Source of the DNA: Pseudomonadota bacterium
GTDB taxonomy: Bacteria > Bdellovibrionota > FAC87 > UBA2466
Length of the DNA: 26,546 nt
NCBI GenBank assembly: GCA_043718025.1
Contig: JAYSWN010000130.1
Location: 1 to 26,546, forward strand
Direction: 5' to 3'
Numbering within the stretch: position 1 is the first letter of the stretch; each line of letters starts with the position of its first letter. The notes under the pieces were generated by a model that made no database searches, had not been told where the DNA came from, and saw only the letters and a list, made by a program, of their open reading frames with translations. This document shows positions 25,242-26,546 of this stretch, in pieces. A program made the translations under genes and the position numbers.

Positions 25242-26546
25242 ATGATCACCTTGTCCAAACCCTCGATGAAAACCGGCCTCATCTTTTTCATGGCCGCTAT
25301 TTTCTACGGCCTGTTTATCTGGCGAAATCATTTCTATATTGAGGGAGGGCTAACGTTTTCATTGTTCGACGATGCCATGATCTCCCTACGCTACGCTAAG
25401 AACTTTGCCGAGGGCCAAGGGCTTCGTTGGAATGCGGGCGAACCCGCCGTTGAGGGTTACACCAACTTTCTGTGGACGGTTTGGATGGCGTGCCTGCACG
25501 GCTTAGGCCTGACTCCAAATTTGGTTTCGCTGTTCGTGCTTACCTCGAGCGCCGGCGCGCTCCTGCTAAACGGGTACTTTATCCTGAAAGCGGCTCAACT
25601 TCTTTTCCCTTTCAATTCTGCCCAAGACCAAATGGCTAGAGCCGCCGCGGTGGGCATGACCCTTTTCTACTATCCATTGGTTTATTGGTCTTTGCGGGGC
25701 ATGGAAGTGGGAATGGTAACGATGCTGATGTCGTTGGCCCTGTGGCAGTCTTTACGGGTGACCTCATTAAAAACGGTTACCTTAAGCGCTCTGAAATGGC
25801 TGGTCTTGAGTTTGGCGCTTCTTCCCTTAGTGCGCGACGACGCAACCATTGCTTGCGCGATCATTGCCAGTTTCACTTCATTTTTAGCTCCCGAGCGCAA
25901 ACGAGCTTGGACCCTTGCCGTTCTGACTCTGAGTTTGGCGCTACCGGCGATTCTCCATCTGCTAATGAGAAAAGCCTATTACGGCGAATGGCTACCCAAC
26001 ACCTATTTTTTAAAGATGCAGGGGCTCTCGCTTGTCGACCGGCTGGCGACTGGCGGCTATGCCTTCTACTCACTCTTTTCATTTCACTGGTGGCCGTTGC
26101 TGCTTCCCGCAATTTTTTCTCTGCGGCACTGGCGCAAGGCTGCTTTGCCCCTGGCCTTACTATCGGGACAAAGCCTCTACAGTATTTATGTGGGCGGCGA
26201 CGCTTGGGAGTGGATGAGGTACTCAAACCGCTATCTGGCGGTAGCCAGCCCCGCATTGATATTGCTGGTGATAGCGGGGGCAAAAAACTTCGCCGGCTTG
26301 GCCGGCGAGAAAATAACCGCGCCTAGTTTTCTGGGGGTGGGATTTTTTGGCGCTCTATTTTTAATCATCGTCAAAAGCACGTTCGCACCGATTGGCCCTT
26401 TTCTGATCTGGTTTTTTCTCGGCCTCTTCGCCTTTGGGGTTGTTCTGTGGCTGATTCAAAAACTTCGACCGAACGCCGCGGTGACCGAACGCGCCACCAT
26501 CGCGTTCGCAGTGGGGCTATTTGCTCTGAGCCAAGCGGATCCTTTT
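25242..26546 (+). CDS. Polytopic membrane glycosyltransferase (GT-C fold, AftB-like), truncated by the right window edge
   Basis: Absent from the ORF track. The frame from ATG 25242 (or 25266) runs off the edge and reads [70 protein letters not shown]. Confidence 0.88.
   Translation, partial: MITLSKPSMKTGLIFFMAAIFYGLFIWRNHFYIEGGLTFSLFDDAMISLRYAKNFAEGQGLRWNAGEPAVEGYTNFLWTVWMACLHGLGLTPNLVSLFVLTSSAGALLLNGYFILKAAQLLFPFNSAQDQMARAAAVGMTLFYYPLVYWSLRGMEVGMVTMLMSLALWQSLRVTSLKTVTLSALKWLVLSLALLPLVRDDATIACAIIASFTSFLAPERKRAWTLAVLTLSLALPAILHLLMRKAYYGEWLPNTYFLKMQGLSLVDRLATGGYAFYSLFSFHWWPLLLPAIFSLRHWRKAALPLALLSGQSLYSIYVGGDAWEWMRYSNRYLAVASPALILLVIAGAKNFAGLAGEKITAPSFLGVGFFGALFLIIVKSTFAPIGPFLIWFFLGLFAFGVVLWLIQKLRPNAAVTERATIAFAVGLFALSQADPF

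Noticed and set aside
25682..26326. ORF-track entries including the 213-aa ORF at 25685
   Set aside because: They overlap the GT-C gene in other frames and have no motifs.

Overview
Bacterial chromosomal DNA, densely coding, with no rRNA, tRNA or CRISPR array seen. The gene style suggests a predatory Bdellovibrionota/Oligoflexia-like organism, which is an inference from the many signal-peptide hypotheticals, mono-heme CxxCH proteins and a DUF222-like HNH protein. The left part (1-8.8 kb) is mostly housekeeping: an acyl-CoA desaturase cut by the window edge, a TIGR02466-type 2OG-Fe(II) oxygenase, a YkgJ Cys-cluster protein, a saccharopine dehydrogenase-family protein, yjdM, a B12-radical SAM enzyme, a secreted CxxCH protein and dbpA. 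The right end (21.7-26.5 kb) holds a metal-uptake-type outer-membrane barrel and the start of a glycosylation cluster (GT2, DPM-like GT2, GT-C). The centre (12.5-21.7 kb) is the unusual part, a run of signal-peptide proteins whose domains normally act in a cytoplasm or on a target cell. These are two paralogous proteins with tandem RNase-toxin-like domains, a two-ring ClpA/ClpB-like AAA+ ATPase with a signal peptide, and an NlpC/P60-like hydrolase. Four of the five secreted proteins there carry a terminal C-x-x-x-L motif. Between the two paralogues lie an HNH endonuclease gene and a ~1 kb non-coding stretch containing a 178-bp MITE-like element with a nested palindrome. All calls are by eye from motifs; no database searches were run.
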